64,000 nucleotides of DNA, from contig CAVSBO010000016.1 of assembly GCA_963726195.1 (NCBI GenBank), forward strand, positions 32,001 through 96,000, written 5' to 3'. Source of the stretch: Candidatus Thorarchaeota archaeon (GTDB taxonomy: Archaea > Asgardarchaeota > Thorarchaeia > Thorarchaeales > Thorarchaeaceae). Position 1 is the stretch's first letter; each line of letters begins with the position of its first letter. Shown piece by piece: positions 38,341 through 48,204 of this stretch. A program made the translations under genes and the position numbers. Below the pieces are notes generated by a model that saw nothing but the letters and a program-made list of their open reading frames with translations, had not been told where the DNA came from and ran no database searches.

Positions 38341-39868
38341 GTGCGTACCACGAGTATCAGGGAGTTCAATGTCGTCCGGAAGGACGTAAGGAAGGTGAAG
38401 GTACTCTTTGGGTATGCGTATCCATCGACTTATCGGACCGGAATGACCAGTCTCGCAACCCATCTGTTCTATTCCATCCTTAACAGCAGAGAGGACACAT
38501 CTTGTGAGCGCTACTTTAGGTACGATGTGTCTTCTCCATGTCACTCGGTTGACAGCGGCAGACCATTGAAAGAGAATCACGTTGTGGGTTTCTCGCTCAC
38601 TTACGAAGAAGACATAGTCAACCTCATTCAGATGCTGGAACTCGGAGGTGTCCCAGCTCTAGCAGCCGAGAGGTCGGAATCGGACCCAATAGTTCTTGTC
38701 GGGGGACCCGTTCCAAGTTCGAACCCGGAACCATATGTTGACTTTGTTGATGCATTCGCAATCGGAGAGGGCGACAACGTGATACACGAAATCGTCGATT
38801 CCATAGCTCAGACGTCCTCGCGCGAAGAGGCCCTCGAACAGATGGCGCAGAAGGATGGTCTGTATGTGCCCAAGGCCATGCAATCCGAACTTCATAGATT
38901 GATGATAAGCAACTTAGACGCCGTCTATCATCCCACAGCACAGATTGTGCCTGATGTTCCAGATGGCGATAGACTTGAGCCCGTATTCGGCAAGTCGCTT
39001 CTGGTAGAAGCGACAAGAGGATGTGGTCATTCCTGCAAGTTCTGCCTCGTAGGTCATATCTGCCGCCCTTGGAGAACAAGATCGCTGAATCGTCTTCAGG
39101 ACATTATATCGAGAGGGTTGGCTGAAACACCAGTGCATAAGGTTTCACTGATTTCTGCTTCTCTCGGCAGTGCCGAGGGCTTCGAAGAACTCGCCGCTTG
39201 GATTGTTGACCAGGGCTGCCGAGCTCTCGGTGCCATCACTAAGAGCAGACTCAGTGTCGAAAGATTTCCTCTCGTCACTGGCAAAGGGAGAACAAAGGAC
39301 TCTAACAATAGCCCCGGAGACCGGCTCACCCGAGCTGAGACGGAGCACAGGCAAAGCACTGTCGGACGAAGATATCGAACACACAGTGCAGCTTGCCGCC
39401 GAGTCTGGATTCAACGCGCTGAAACTCTATTTCATTATTGGATTACCCGAAGAAAACGAACAGGACGTTGCTGCCATACCGTCCTTGGTGAGCCGCCTCA
39501 GTAAGTTGGCAACCATGCGAATCACTGTCAGTATCAATCCGTTCGTGCCGAAGGCTCAAACAGAGTGGGAACGCGAGCCACAAGCTCCAATTGAGGCCAT
39601 CCGTTCGAGAATCAGAATTGTAGAGAAAGGCTTGCATGGAGTTCCCCGTGTGTACGTTGAACCACTTGATCCAAGGGACGCACGAATCCAAGCGGCACTA
39701 TCAATCGGAGGCAGGTCTCTAGGAAAAGCCATTCTCGTGGCGGCTAGATATGGGGGCTACGGAGGATGGAGGAGAGCGGAGAGAGAGACAGGAATACCTG
39801 TGCTTTCAATGGCCAGCGACCAGAGCCGCCTGCAAGGAGACCTTCCATGGGCCTTCATCAAGAACTAG
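38341..39868 (+). CDS. Radical SAM protein with B12-binding-like N-terminus (+1 frameshift near 39220)
   Basis: YPSTYRTGM, VGGP, TRGCGHSCKFC, then SVPSLRAD, APETGS, KLYFIIGLP, FVPK in the next frame. Confidence 0.85.
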
Positions 39869-39972
39869 TCAGTTAGATTCGGCAAAAGCCGTCAGCCGAA
39901 TCTTCATAAGGCATATTTCGAATGCTTCTCAACAGCATAACTGAGTGTATGTCTATGGCCCGGTGAAAGACC

Positions 39973-40335
39973 ATGGCTAAGAAAAGAGTCCTTGGCGATG
40001 AATTTCCAGCCTTGAGCGACGAACTAGAGGAAGGGAAAACCAAGACATACAGAGTAAGCGGCACAAGGACCTTGTCTGAGGAGCCACTTTCTGCAGATTC
40101 TGAGGAGTCTGCCTCTGCAGGCCGTGAGGAGACCTTCCTGCCTGACGTCGTTGACTACATTCGAAGATGCGATAACGAGTCCGAGGCATTGGAAATCATT
40201 GAGTTCATGGTGAGGCGTAGCGAACTGACCGAAACCCAAGCCAAGGCCATGAAAAGGCAACTCAAAGATGAGGGTCTCAGAAGCTTCGGAACAAAGAAGG
40301 AAAGAGACCACTATCTTCGCTATGGTGTCAAGTGA
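39973..40335 (+). CDS. DUF2095-like archaeal protein
   Basis: FPAL..ELE, PDVVDYIRRC....EALEII, GLRSFG.KKE..HY. Confidence 0.75.
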   Translation: MAKKRVLGDEFPALSDELEEGKTKTYRVSGTRTLSEEPLSADSEESASAGREETFLPDVVDYIRRCDNESEALEIIEFMVRRSELTETQAKAMKRQLKDEGLRSFGTKKERDHYLRYGVK

Positions 40336-40416
40336 ATCCGGTCAGAATTCAATCTTACACCTGCCCATGATTATTCTCTTGGAACAACTATGCAGTTGTA
40401 TCGTGGCTGAGTGTTA

Positions 40417-41830
40417 TTAGGCGGATTTGTACACGCCTTTCTTCTTGGCCCATGATATGGTCTCTGGATCGCATCTCTTGAGTTCACGCTCTGGGAAATC
40501 GCTGAGCAGATTCCACCCAAGGTCAAGGGTCTGCTCGAATGACCGGTCCTCAAACTCGCCTTGGTTGATGAACTGCTGCTCGAACTTGTCAGCGAACTTC
40601 AGGTACTTCTGATCCCGTTCCGTTAATGCTTCCGAACCCACGACCGCGACAAGGTCTCTAAGGTCACGGCCCTCAGAGTAGGCGTAGTACAGCTGTGCCT
40701 GAATCTCTTTGTGATCGAACCGCGTCATGCCCTCCCCGATGCCCTCCTTCATGAGCCGGCTCAGCGACGGACCCGGATCTATGGGTGGATATATGCCACG
40801 TCTGTGGAGACTCCTGCTGAGAGGAAGTCTGTCCTTCAGTGATGTATCCCGAAAGATCAGGAATGGGGTGCGTCATGTCGTCTTGGGGCATCGACAGAAT
40901 AGGCATTTGCGTGATTGTTCCCTTTCGGCCATGAATGCGTCCCGCCCGTTCGTAAATGAGACTAAGGTCTGTGTAGAGATAGCCAGGATATCCTCGGCGC
41001 CCTGGAACCTCAGACCTTGCCGCACTAATCTCACGCAGAGCTTCAGCATAGTTCGTCATATCAGTAAGGATAACCAGAACATGCATGTCTGATTGGTAAG
41101 CCAAGTATTCTGCTGCAGTGAGAGCGGCGCGCGGTGTGATTATCCGTTCAATCGCAGGGTCATTGGCAAGGTTGAGGAACATGGTGGTATGCTCGAGTGC
41201 ACCGGTCTCCTCGAAGGATTTCATGAAGTACTGTGCTTCAGTAGCCGTGATTCCCATGGCCGCGAACACGATTGCGAACTGGCCTTCTTCGCCTGGAATC
41301 CTAGCCTGTCTGACAATCTGAGCCGCGATTCGGTTATGTGGAAGACCTGAACCGGAAAAGATGGGCAACTTCTGACCTCGAATCAAGGTGTTAAGGCCAT
41401 CAATAACTGACAGGCCCGTCTGGATGGGTTGATGGGGATACTGCCGAGCATATGGATTGATTGGAGACCCGTTTATGTCCCAGTGGTCTTCAGCTGTGAG
41501 CGGAGGGCCTTTGTCAAGAGGATTGCCAGACCCGTCGAGAACACGACCAAGAATCTCAGTTGAAACCGGGAGCTTCAGAGTCTCGCCTGTAAAGCGTACC
41601 GAAGTGACATCAACATCGAGCCCACTAGTGCCTTCGAAGACCTGTATGATGGCTCTTCCATGACCGGTCTCTAGTACAGTTCCCGTTAGAAGCTCTCCTG
41701 ATGGGGACCTGATCCGTACCACTTCGTTGTAGCTAACGTTGTGAGTATTCTCAACGATGAGAAGCGGTCCACTAACATCTGAAACCGTGCGGTACTCAAT
41801 GACAGATTTCTTTGCCATCAGAGAGACCAT
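40417..41830 (-). CDS. atpB: A/V-type ATP synthase subunit B (+1 frameshift near 40828)
   Basis: [54 protein letters not shown] then [22 protein letters not shown]. Confidence 0.97.
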
Positions 41831-41895
41831 CCAAGTCGGGTCCTTCAGAAGCCCCGTGAGCGGCCTTCATTTAAGAGTTACGTCGGGCGCGGCTT

Positions 41896-42417
41896 TCAAA
41901 TCCACGGAGAGACGTTGAAGAAAACTAGAGCAGGCGCCAGCATTAATGCTCTCACCATGAGCGAGTGCCCCTTGGCCTTTAGGTCATTTGATGAAGGCGT
42001 GAGGTAGAGAATGACACCAGTTAGCAGGCAAATGGAGAACAGTATGTCGCCTAGAAAGACCATCATTGCAATCATATCGCTGCCGGCTCCACCAAATAAC
42101 CCGAGCCAAGCAGCGGTGGCGGATTCAATTGTCGGGGGCTCAACGCGTGCCATCCCTGCAAAGAAACTGACGAGATACGGGCCTCCGATGTATATGATGA
42201 CACCAAAGACTATCAGCGCTTTGGACAGGCCATCGTTGAGTCCCGTCATGAACAGGATTAAACCGACTAGGATGAACAGAAGATATCCTCTTACTGCCAA
42301 TCCGTACATGCCACTGAGGACGCGCTCTATGAAATCGGTCCATCCTGGAAGGTTTGGACCGTTCGGAAGTGCCTGAAGCGGGATAATAGTCAGAAAGAGA
42401 ATACTCCATTCGCTCAC
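41896..42417 (-). CDS. Hydrophobic membrane protein with two TrbC/VirB2-pilin-like repeats
   Basis: Signal-like N-terminus; repeats LVGLILFMTGLND...KALIVFGV and LTGVILYLTPSSND.KAKG.SLM..AL. Confidence 0.5.
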   Translation of the reverse strand: MSEWSILFLTIIPLQALPNGPNLPGWTDFIERVLSGMYGLAVRGYLLFILVGLILFMTGLNDGLSKALIVFGVIIYIGGPYLVSFFAGMARVEPPTIESATAAWLGLFGGAGSDMIAMMVFLGDILFSICLLTGVILYLTPSSNDLKAKGHSLMVRALMLAPALVFFNVSPWI

Positions 42418-42452
42418 GACTGTAAGTTTTCATCGAGAAATATAACCGCCAC

Positions 42453-43004
42453 TCAGTCCAGCAACTTGCGAAGAATCTTGAAGTCCTCGTTCATTGCTTC
42501 TCTGGTTCGAGGAAAGCGGAGCGCAGCTGCAGGATGATACGTCATGAAATACGTCCTGCCCTCCCCTTCATGCAGACGCCCATGACAATCAGATATCTTC
42601 CACGGCCCTATGACCGCCGAGACAGCAACATTTCCCAAAAGCACCACAACTCTTGGGTTGAGTATCTCGATTTGTCGCTTGAGGTACGGGAGACAAGCGT
42701 CTATTTCCGACTGATTGGGAGATCGATTGTCGGGCGGGCGCGACTTCAGAACTGAAGTAATGAATACCTCGTTTCTCGAAAGGCCCAGTGCATCAATGAG
42801 CTGAGTCAGTAGTGCCCCAGACCTACCGACAAACGGTCTGCCGGACTGGTCTTCGCTGGCGCCAGGGGCTTCACCGACGAAAACAACCTTCGGTTCAGCA
42901 GGTCCTTCGCCCGGAACTGCATTCTTGCGAGTCTTGTAGAGAGGGCACCTTTTGCATTGCCGAATCTCTTCTGTTAGGCTCAACAACTCGTCTAGGCGGC
43001 TCAT
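42453..43004 (-). CDS. udg: Family-4 uracil-DNA glycosylase
   Basis: CKRCPL, VGEAPG..ED..GRPFVG, RPP.NR.P, YHPAAAL. Confidence 0.93.
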   Translation of the reverse strand: MSRLDELLSLTEEIRQCKRCPLYKTRKNAVPGEGPAEPKVVFVGEAPGASEDQSGRPFVGRSGALLTQLIDALGLSRNEVFITSVLKSRPPDNRSPNQSEIDACLPYLKRQIEILNPRVVVLLGNVAVSAVIGPWKISDCHGRLHEGEGRTYFMTYHPAAALRFPRTREAMNEDFKILRKLLD

Positions 43005-43065
43005 GTCGGCAATTTGCTTGTCTTGTTATGTGATAAATACCACTCCAAGGCAAGCGCGTGCGCAT

Positions 43066-44871
43066 TTATGATGCAGTGGGTAAGGGTGCGCCTACTCCTG
43101 AGGTTTCTTTCAATAGAGCTTCAAACTCCCGTTCCATCTTGCTCTCAATAGTGTCCATGGTCTTGTTGTATGTGTCCCAAGGTGCAATCTTCATGCGGGC
43201 TATGTTGTCAAGCACACTGAATTCGAGAACTCTTCGTACATGCACACCCGTCTTTACGGCTTCAGCCATCTTGCGTGAGAAGAGCACGATGATGCGAAGC
43301 ATACGATAGGTCTTCCCTATAGGACAGTAGGTATCGATTTCGTGCACTGCGCTCTGAGTCAGGAAGTCCTCTTTGATCATCCTTGCAGCCTCGAGGACTG
43401 CACGCTCGGACTCTGGGAGTGCATCCGGGCCGACAAGCTGAACTATCTCACGCAGTTCGTTGTCCTTTTGGAGCAGCGCCGTGGCTTCGGCGACAAGCTC
43501 GGGCCAATCTGGCCCGAGATTCTTTCTGTGCCATTTCTCCAAGTTGCCGTGATATAGGGAGTAGCTGGTAAGCGTGTTAATGGCCGGGAAGAATCTTCGA
43601 GCTGCAAGGTCCTTGTCCAGGGCCCAGAAGACCTTCACAATCCGTAGTGTCGCTTGTGTAACCGGCTCAGAGAAGTCGCCACCAGGTGGCGAAACCGCAC
43701 CACACATCGTCACTGACCCCAGCCTTTCTACGGAACCGAGGGTCTTGACTCTGCCGCCGCGCTCATAGAACTGTGCAAGACGCGAGCCGAGATAGGCAGG
43801 GTATCCCTCTTCAGAGGGGAGCTGACCGAGTCTGCCTGAGATTTCACGAAGTGCTTCTGCCCAACGAGAAGTGGAGTCGGCCATGAGAGCAACGTCGTAA
43901 CCCTGATCTCTGAAGTATTCCGCAATTGTTGCAGCCACGTATATTGAAGCCTCTCGCGCTGCAACTGGCATATTTGATGTATTTGCAATCAGAACTGTGC
44001 GCTCCATCAGAGGACGACCAGACTTTGGATCTTCGAGCTTTGGCCACTCCTCGAGGGCCTCTGTCATCTCATTGCCGCGCTCTCCACAACCGACGTATAC
44101 TATGACCTGAGCATCAGCCCATTTCGCAAATTGGTGAAGTGTGACGGTCTTTCCTGTCCCGAACCCGCCAGGGATTGCCCCCGTGCCTCCTTTGGCCTGA
44201 GGCATGAATGTATCAATTACACGCTGGCCGCTGATGAGAGGAGTATCCATTGCAACCCGCTCTTTGAATGGGCGACCAATTCGGACCGGTGTCTTCTGCA
44301 TCATCACTACATCGTGTACGTCTCCATATCCGTCCTTCACCTTGCAGACAGAATCAACGACCAAGTACTCACCCTTGGGAACGATGCTTACAATCTCGCC
44401 CTCGACACCAACAGGAATCATTATCTTGGACGTGATTATGCCCGTCTCAGCGACTTCGCCGATGACGTCCCCAGGTACAACATGACTGCCAGCTTTGACG
44501 GTTGGAGCAAAGGGCCACTTCTTCTTCTTATCCAGGCCTTCCACCGTCAAGCCCCTCGTGATGAAGTCTCCTGACATAGAACGGAGCTCGGGCAGAGGTC
44601 TCTGAATGCCGTCGTAAATCGAGCCCAGCAGACCCGGACCAAGTTCCACGGAAAGCGCGCCTCCGGTCGAAATGACGGGTTCTCCGGGAGCCAAACCAGA
44701 AGTCTCTTCGTAGACCTGTGCTGTGAACTCCTGCGCGCCCACTTCGATGACTTCGCCAATCAGCTTCTCATTGCCTACCCTTACAACCTCATACATCCGG
44801 ATATTGTGGATTCCGCTGCACCTTACAACCGGTCCAGCAATGCTCTCGATTCTTCCAGCTTTTTGGCTCAT
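43066..44871 (-). CDS. atpA: A/V-type ATP synthase catalytic subunit A
   Basis: GGFGTGKT, CGERGNE, ANTSNMPVAARE, DSTSRWAEALRE, VSPPGGDFSEPV; no intein. Confidence 0.98.
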   Translation of the reverse strand: MSQKAGRIESIAGPVVRCSGIHNIRMYEVVRVGNEKLIGEVIEVGAQEFTAQVYEETSGLAPGEPVISTGGALSVELGPGLLGSIYDGIQRPLPELRSMSGDFITRGLTVEGLDKKKKWPFAPTVKAGSHVVPGDVIGEVAETGIITSKIMIPVGVEGEIVSIVPKGEYLVVDSVCKVKDGYGDVHDVVMMQKTPVRIGRPFKERVAMDTPLISGQRVIDTFMPQAKGGTGAIPGGFGTGKTVTLHQFAKWADAQVIVYVGCGERGNEMTEALEEWPKLEDPKSGRPLMERTVLIANTSNMPVAAREASIYVAATIAEYFRDQGYDVALMADSTSRWAEALREISGRLGQLPSEEGYPAYLGSRLAQFYERGGRVKTLGSVERLGSVTMCGAVSPPGGDFSEPVTQATLRIVKVFWALDKDLAARRFFPAINTLTSYSLYHGNLEKWHRKNLGPDWPELVAEATALLQKDNELREIVQLVGPDALPESERAVLEAARMIKEDFLTQSAVHEIDTYCPIGKTYRMLRIIVLFSRKMAEAVKTGVHVRRVLEFSVLDNIARMKIAPWDTYNKTMDTIESKMEREFEALLKETSGVGAPLPTAS

Positions 44872-44898
44872 TGTAGGGCGCTCCTTCTTGCAGAGATA

Positions 44899-45222
44899 TC
44901 AGACATTAATCTCAACACCAACGGCCCTGCGTATCAGTTCTTTCAACACGGTCTCGTGCGTCCCAGTGGATCCCAATCTGTCTGGAATAAGCAGGATGAC
45001 AGGCACCGGAGCCTGAGAAAGCTCAATGATTGTATCTTCTACTGCCGATGCAAGGCGTTCAGTTATGAGAATCAATCCCATTCGCGAATCTCTGAAGTAC
45101 TCAAGTAGCTTCTTCCTAGTTTCCTCTGGAGACTTGGGAATCGAACCTTCAGAGACTCCGACCATACGAAAGCCGGTGACTGTGTCCCTGTCACCTATGA
45201 CTGTAATCTTGTCGCTTACCAT
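44899..45222 (-). CDS. atpF: A/V-type ATP synthase subunit F
   Basis: KITVIGDRDTVTGFRMVGV, ILITE, IP, IRRAVG. Confidence 0.93.
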   Translation of the reverse strand: MVSDKITVIGDRDTVTGFRMVGVSEGSIPKSPEETRKKLLEYFRDSRMGLILITERLASAVEDTIIELSQAPVPVILLIPDRLGSTGTHETVLKELIRRAVGVEINV

Positions 45223-45559
45223 GGGACCTCACGTTGAGCTTATTCAAGCGCGCCACGGACACCCCATTAAAAAGGGTATGCAACAGCTGCGTAGAAGTTG
45301 GACGATCTTGGACATCTTCGAGTAGGGGCTTAAATAGCTTGAACCAGACTGCTCTTTGAGGCTAACTCGACATAGACCAGCCTCAAGGAGTGCGACCCCA
45401 GTGCCGTTTCTGGGAGGACAAAGACTCCTGTATCCAACTTTGTCCAACTCACAATGAACGGTTCTGCACATGCGCGATTCTGCCATCGCAAGTTGTAGTA
45501 ACGGCTTGTGGCCGTGGACGAGAGCCGGGCATGTCGATCACGCACGACAAACCGGTCTC

Positions 45560-46051
45560 TCATTTCCTCAGTGTGAATTGAGATATGATTTCTTCATCAC
45601 TTACCATTGTCCAGCAGTAGAGGCACTTCAGCTGGATCGGGGACCGAGATACTACCTGGTAGCTCGGAGTGATTGGCTCGCGTTCTTGGTTGGTAATGCA
45701 CCGTGTGTTAGGACACTTAATGACATTACTGATGATATTCGGAAGCTGAACACGAGTCTTCTTCACGACCTTTGTGTCCCGAATCAGGTTTATGGTTGCC
45801 TCCGGTGCGACCAAGGCAATCTTTGCCACTTCGGCGCTATCGAGGAACCTCGTCTCGATCTTCACTATGTCCTTGCGGCCCATCTTGGAGCTGGCAACGT
45901 TCATAGCCAGACTTACGATTGCGCCCTCCTTCCCTGTAATGCCCAAGATCTGAAGCACCTCAAGAGCATGACCTCCCCTAATGTGGTCAATGACTGTGCC
46001 ATCCTTGATTTTGTCGACTCTCAGTTTCTCGTCAGTTGTGGTTGCAGCCAT
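45560..46051 (-). CDS. pyrI: Aspartate carbamoyltransferase regulatory chain
   Basis: LRVDKIKDGTVIDHI, GRKDIVKIE, CPNTRCIT, KCLYC; true start at 46051. Confidence 0.95.
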   Translation of the reverse strand: MAATTTDEKLRVDKIKDGTVIDHIRGGHALEVLQILGITGKEGAIVSLAMNVASSKMGRKDIVKIETRFLDSAEVAKIALVAPEATINLIRDTKVVKKTRVQLPNIISNVIKCPNTRCITNQEREPITPSYQVVSRSPIQLKCLYCWTMVSDEEIISQFTLRK

Positions 46052-46178
46052 GATTCTCACCGTATCTTCTACAGACAGACTGCAGAGCAGCGTTTTATCA
46101 TTTGCTCTGGACCACGTAGGCCAAGCTTGATATGTAGAATGGGAGGGAGTGTTCCGGACTAAGAACGGTGGAATGTGA

Positions 46179-47523
46179 ATGGTCCTCGAAGCCCTAGGTA
46201 AGGCCCTGAATTCAGCACTAAAGAAGCTCTTCGGAGCTGGCGTCATAGACGAGGAACTTGTCAAGGAACTAGTGAAGGACATCCAACGTGCTCTGCTACA
46301 GGCAGATGTGGACGTGAACCTAGTCATGCAGATAACTGACAGGGTTCAGAAGATGGCATTGGATGAATCGCTTCCCAGAGGAGTCTCCAGAAGAGAGCAT
46401 ATTGTCAAAGTTGTCTGGGACAGTCTTTCTTACTTCCTCGGGGAAAAGGCGGTTCCCCTGACCATTAATCCGGGCAAACCCAACCTAGTCATGATGGTGG
46501 GAATCCAAGGCTCAGGAAAGACAACAACGGTAGGCAAGCTCGCCCGGTACTACCAGAAACGTGGTATCAAGACTGGTGTGATATGTGCTGACAATTTCCG
46601 TCTGGGTGCGTATGCTCAGCTCAGACAGACTGGCTGAGAAATCGAGCGTGCCATTCTATGGAGACGAGACCGAAAAGAACGCAGTGAAGCTTGCAAAGAA
46701 AGGCTACCAAGAAATGGTAAGCAAAGGCGTCGAACTCATTCTGCTAGACACGGCAGGCCGTCACCGCGAAGAAGCGGGATTGATTAAGGAAATGCAGGAG
46801 ATTGCCAAGGCCGTCAGCCCACAAGAGATAATCCTCGTTGTGGACGGGACTCTTGGCCAGCAGGCAGGTGCTCAAGCCGCGGCGTTCAAGAATGCAACCG
46901 ACATCGGGTCAATCATAGTGACTAAGCTCGATGGAAGTGCGAAGGGGGGCGGGGCTCTCTCTGCCGTAGCGGCTACTCAAGCGCCGATTAAGTTCATCGG
47001 TACGGGAGAGGGCATAGACGCCATCGAACCCTTCAATCCGACCAAGTTTGCAGGCCGATTGTTGGGGATGTCAGACATCAAGGGTCTGATTGAGAAGGTC
47101 AAAGAGGCCCAAGTCGAAATCGATGAGGACGCCGCCAAGCGTATCATGAAGGGACAATTCTCGCTTACAGATATGATGGCTCAGCTCAAACAGCTCAAGA
47201 AGATGGGCCCTATCGGTAAGGTCATGGAGATGCTCGGTCTGAAGTACAAATTGCCGGACAATGTGGCAGAGCTTCAGGAGGAGAACCTGAAGCGCTTCGA
47301 GGTCATTATGAATTCCATGACACGTGAAGAACTGGACGACCCAAAGATCATCAAATCATCACGAATGAGACGAGCTGCAATGGGTTCCGGAACTCGACAG
47401 AGCGATGTCAAGGAGCTCCTGAAACAGTATGAACAGATGAAGAAGATGCTGAAGGCCTTCGGAAAGTCGAGAAGGGGCAGACGAGGAGCTATGCCGGGCA
47501 TACCCGGCCTGCCCGGCGTTTGA
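46179..47523 (+). CDS. srp54: Signal recognition particle protein SRP54 (+1 frameshift near 46629)
   Basis: ALLQADV, GIQGSGKTTT, DTAGRH, TKLDGSAKGGG, Met-rich M domain. Confidence 0.97.
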
Positions 47524-47526
47524 ACC

Positions 47527-48150
47527 ATGTCGTATCTGTCAACCGGACGTGTTCAATTGATTACTCGTCGCTTCCTTGTAGGGTTCAACGGCATGTCAAT
47601 CGACGCGGCGCAAGTGAAGTCCGGTCTGAATAGCAGGGAGACCGTTGTTGCATGCAGGTGCATTAACGTCGGACTATTTGTCTCTGATGACCTTCGGAGG
47701 GATGTGGAAGTCAGCCTATGCATTGGACATGATTTGGACCTCCGTATCATCTCCTTTTCTGGAGAGAGAATTAAGAGGGTATCACCTGATGAGCGGTCAA
47801 TCTCTTTCTTCTTGTTGAAGGCGATGCAACTGCTGGATGAGATGGATTTCGGAAGGGTCAGGTCCACGGACAACGGGATTGTGCTATCAAGAACCAACTC
47901 AAAGGATCTTGTCACAAGCTGGTCCACAGAGCGTGTGCATGTGGCGGATCGATCTGCACCAACAACTGACTGGAGCTTCGTGTCGACAGGCGGATTATTC
48001 GTTTACGATATGTCGGATGTGCTTTCGCGTGGGTTCACGAATAGTTCGACATCGCTGCTGCATCGTCCCCAAAACCCTGAAAGGTTCATCCTTGATGCGA
48101 ATATGCACTGCGACCTGCTTGAGGCTTCGCTCCTGAAGAAAGCTTCATAA
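47527..48150 (+). CDS. TrmY-like SPOUT protein (divergent C-terminal half)
   Basis: CRC...LFVS..LRRDV, GERIKRVSPDERSI match tRNA m1-psi54 methyltransferase TrmY; adjacent to srp54. Confidence 0.65.
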   Translation: MSYLSTGRVQLITRRFLVGFNGMSIDAAQVKSGLNSRETVVACRCINVGLFVSDDLRRDVEVSLCIGHDLDLRIISFSGERIKRVSPDERSISFFLLKAMQLLDEMDFGRVRSTDNGIVLSRTNSKDLVTSWSTERVHVADRSAPTTDWSFVSTGGLFVYDMSDVLSRGFTNSSTSLLHRPQNPERFILDANMHCDLLEASLLKKAS

Positions 48151-48204
48151 TAGCATCCTCCATATCTTCTGTGTAATCGAGTACTCGTGTGTGTGTGATC
48201 TCGC

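Noticed and set aside
43066-44871. Intein in atpA (also checked cdc48, hef and top6B)
   Set aside because: Lengths are normal and motifs are contiguous
45240-45560. SRP RNA or RNase P RNA near srp54
   Set aside because: No helix-8 GNRA/AGCA motif and no GAGGAAAGUCC-type P4 motif found
45470-46327. 230-aa plus ORF and the N-terminal extension of pyrI to 46327
   Set aside because: Shadow of pyrI; the extension overlaps srp54 and its promoter
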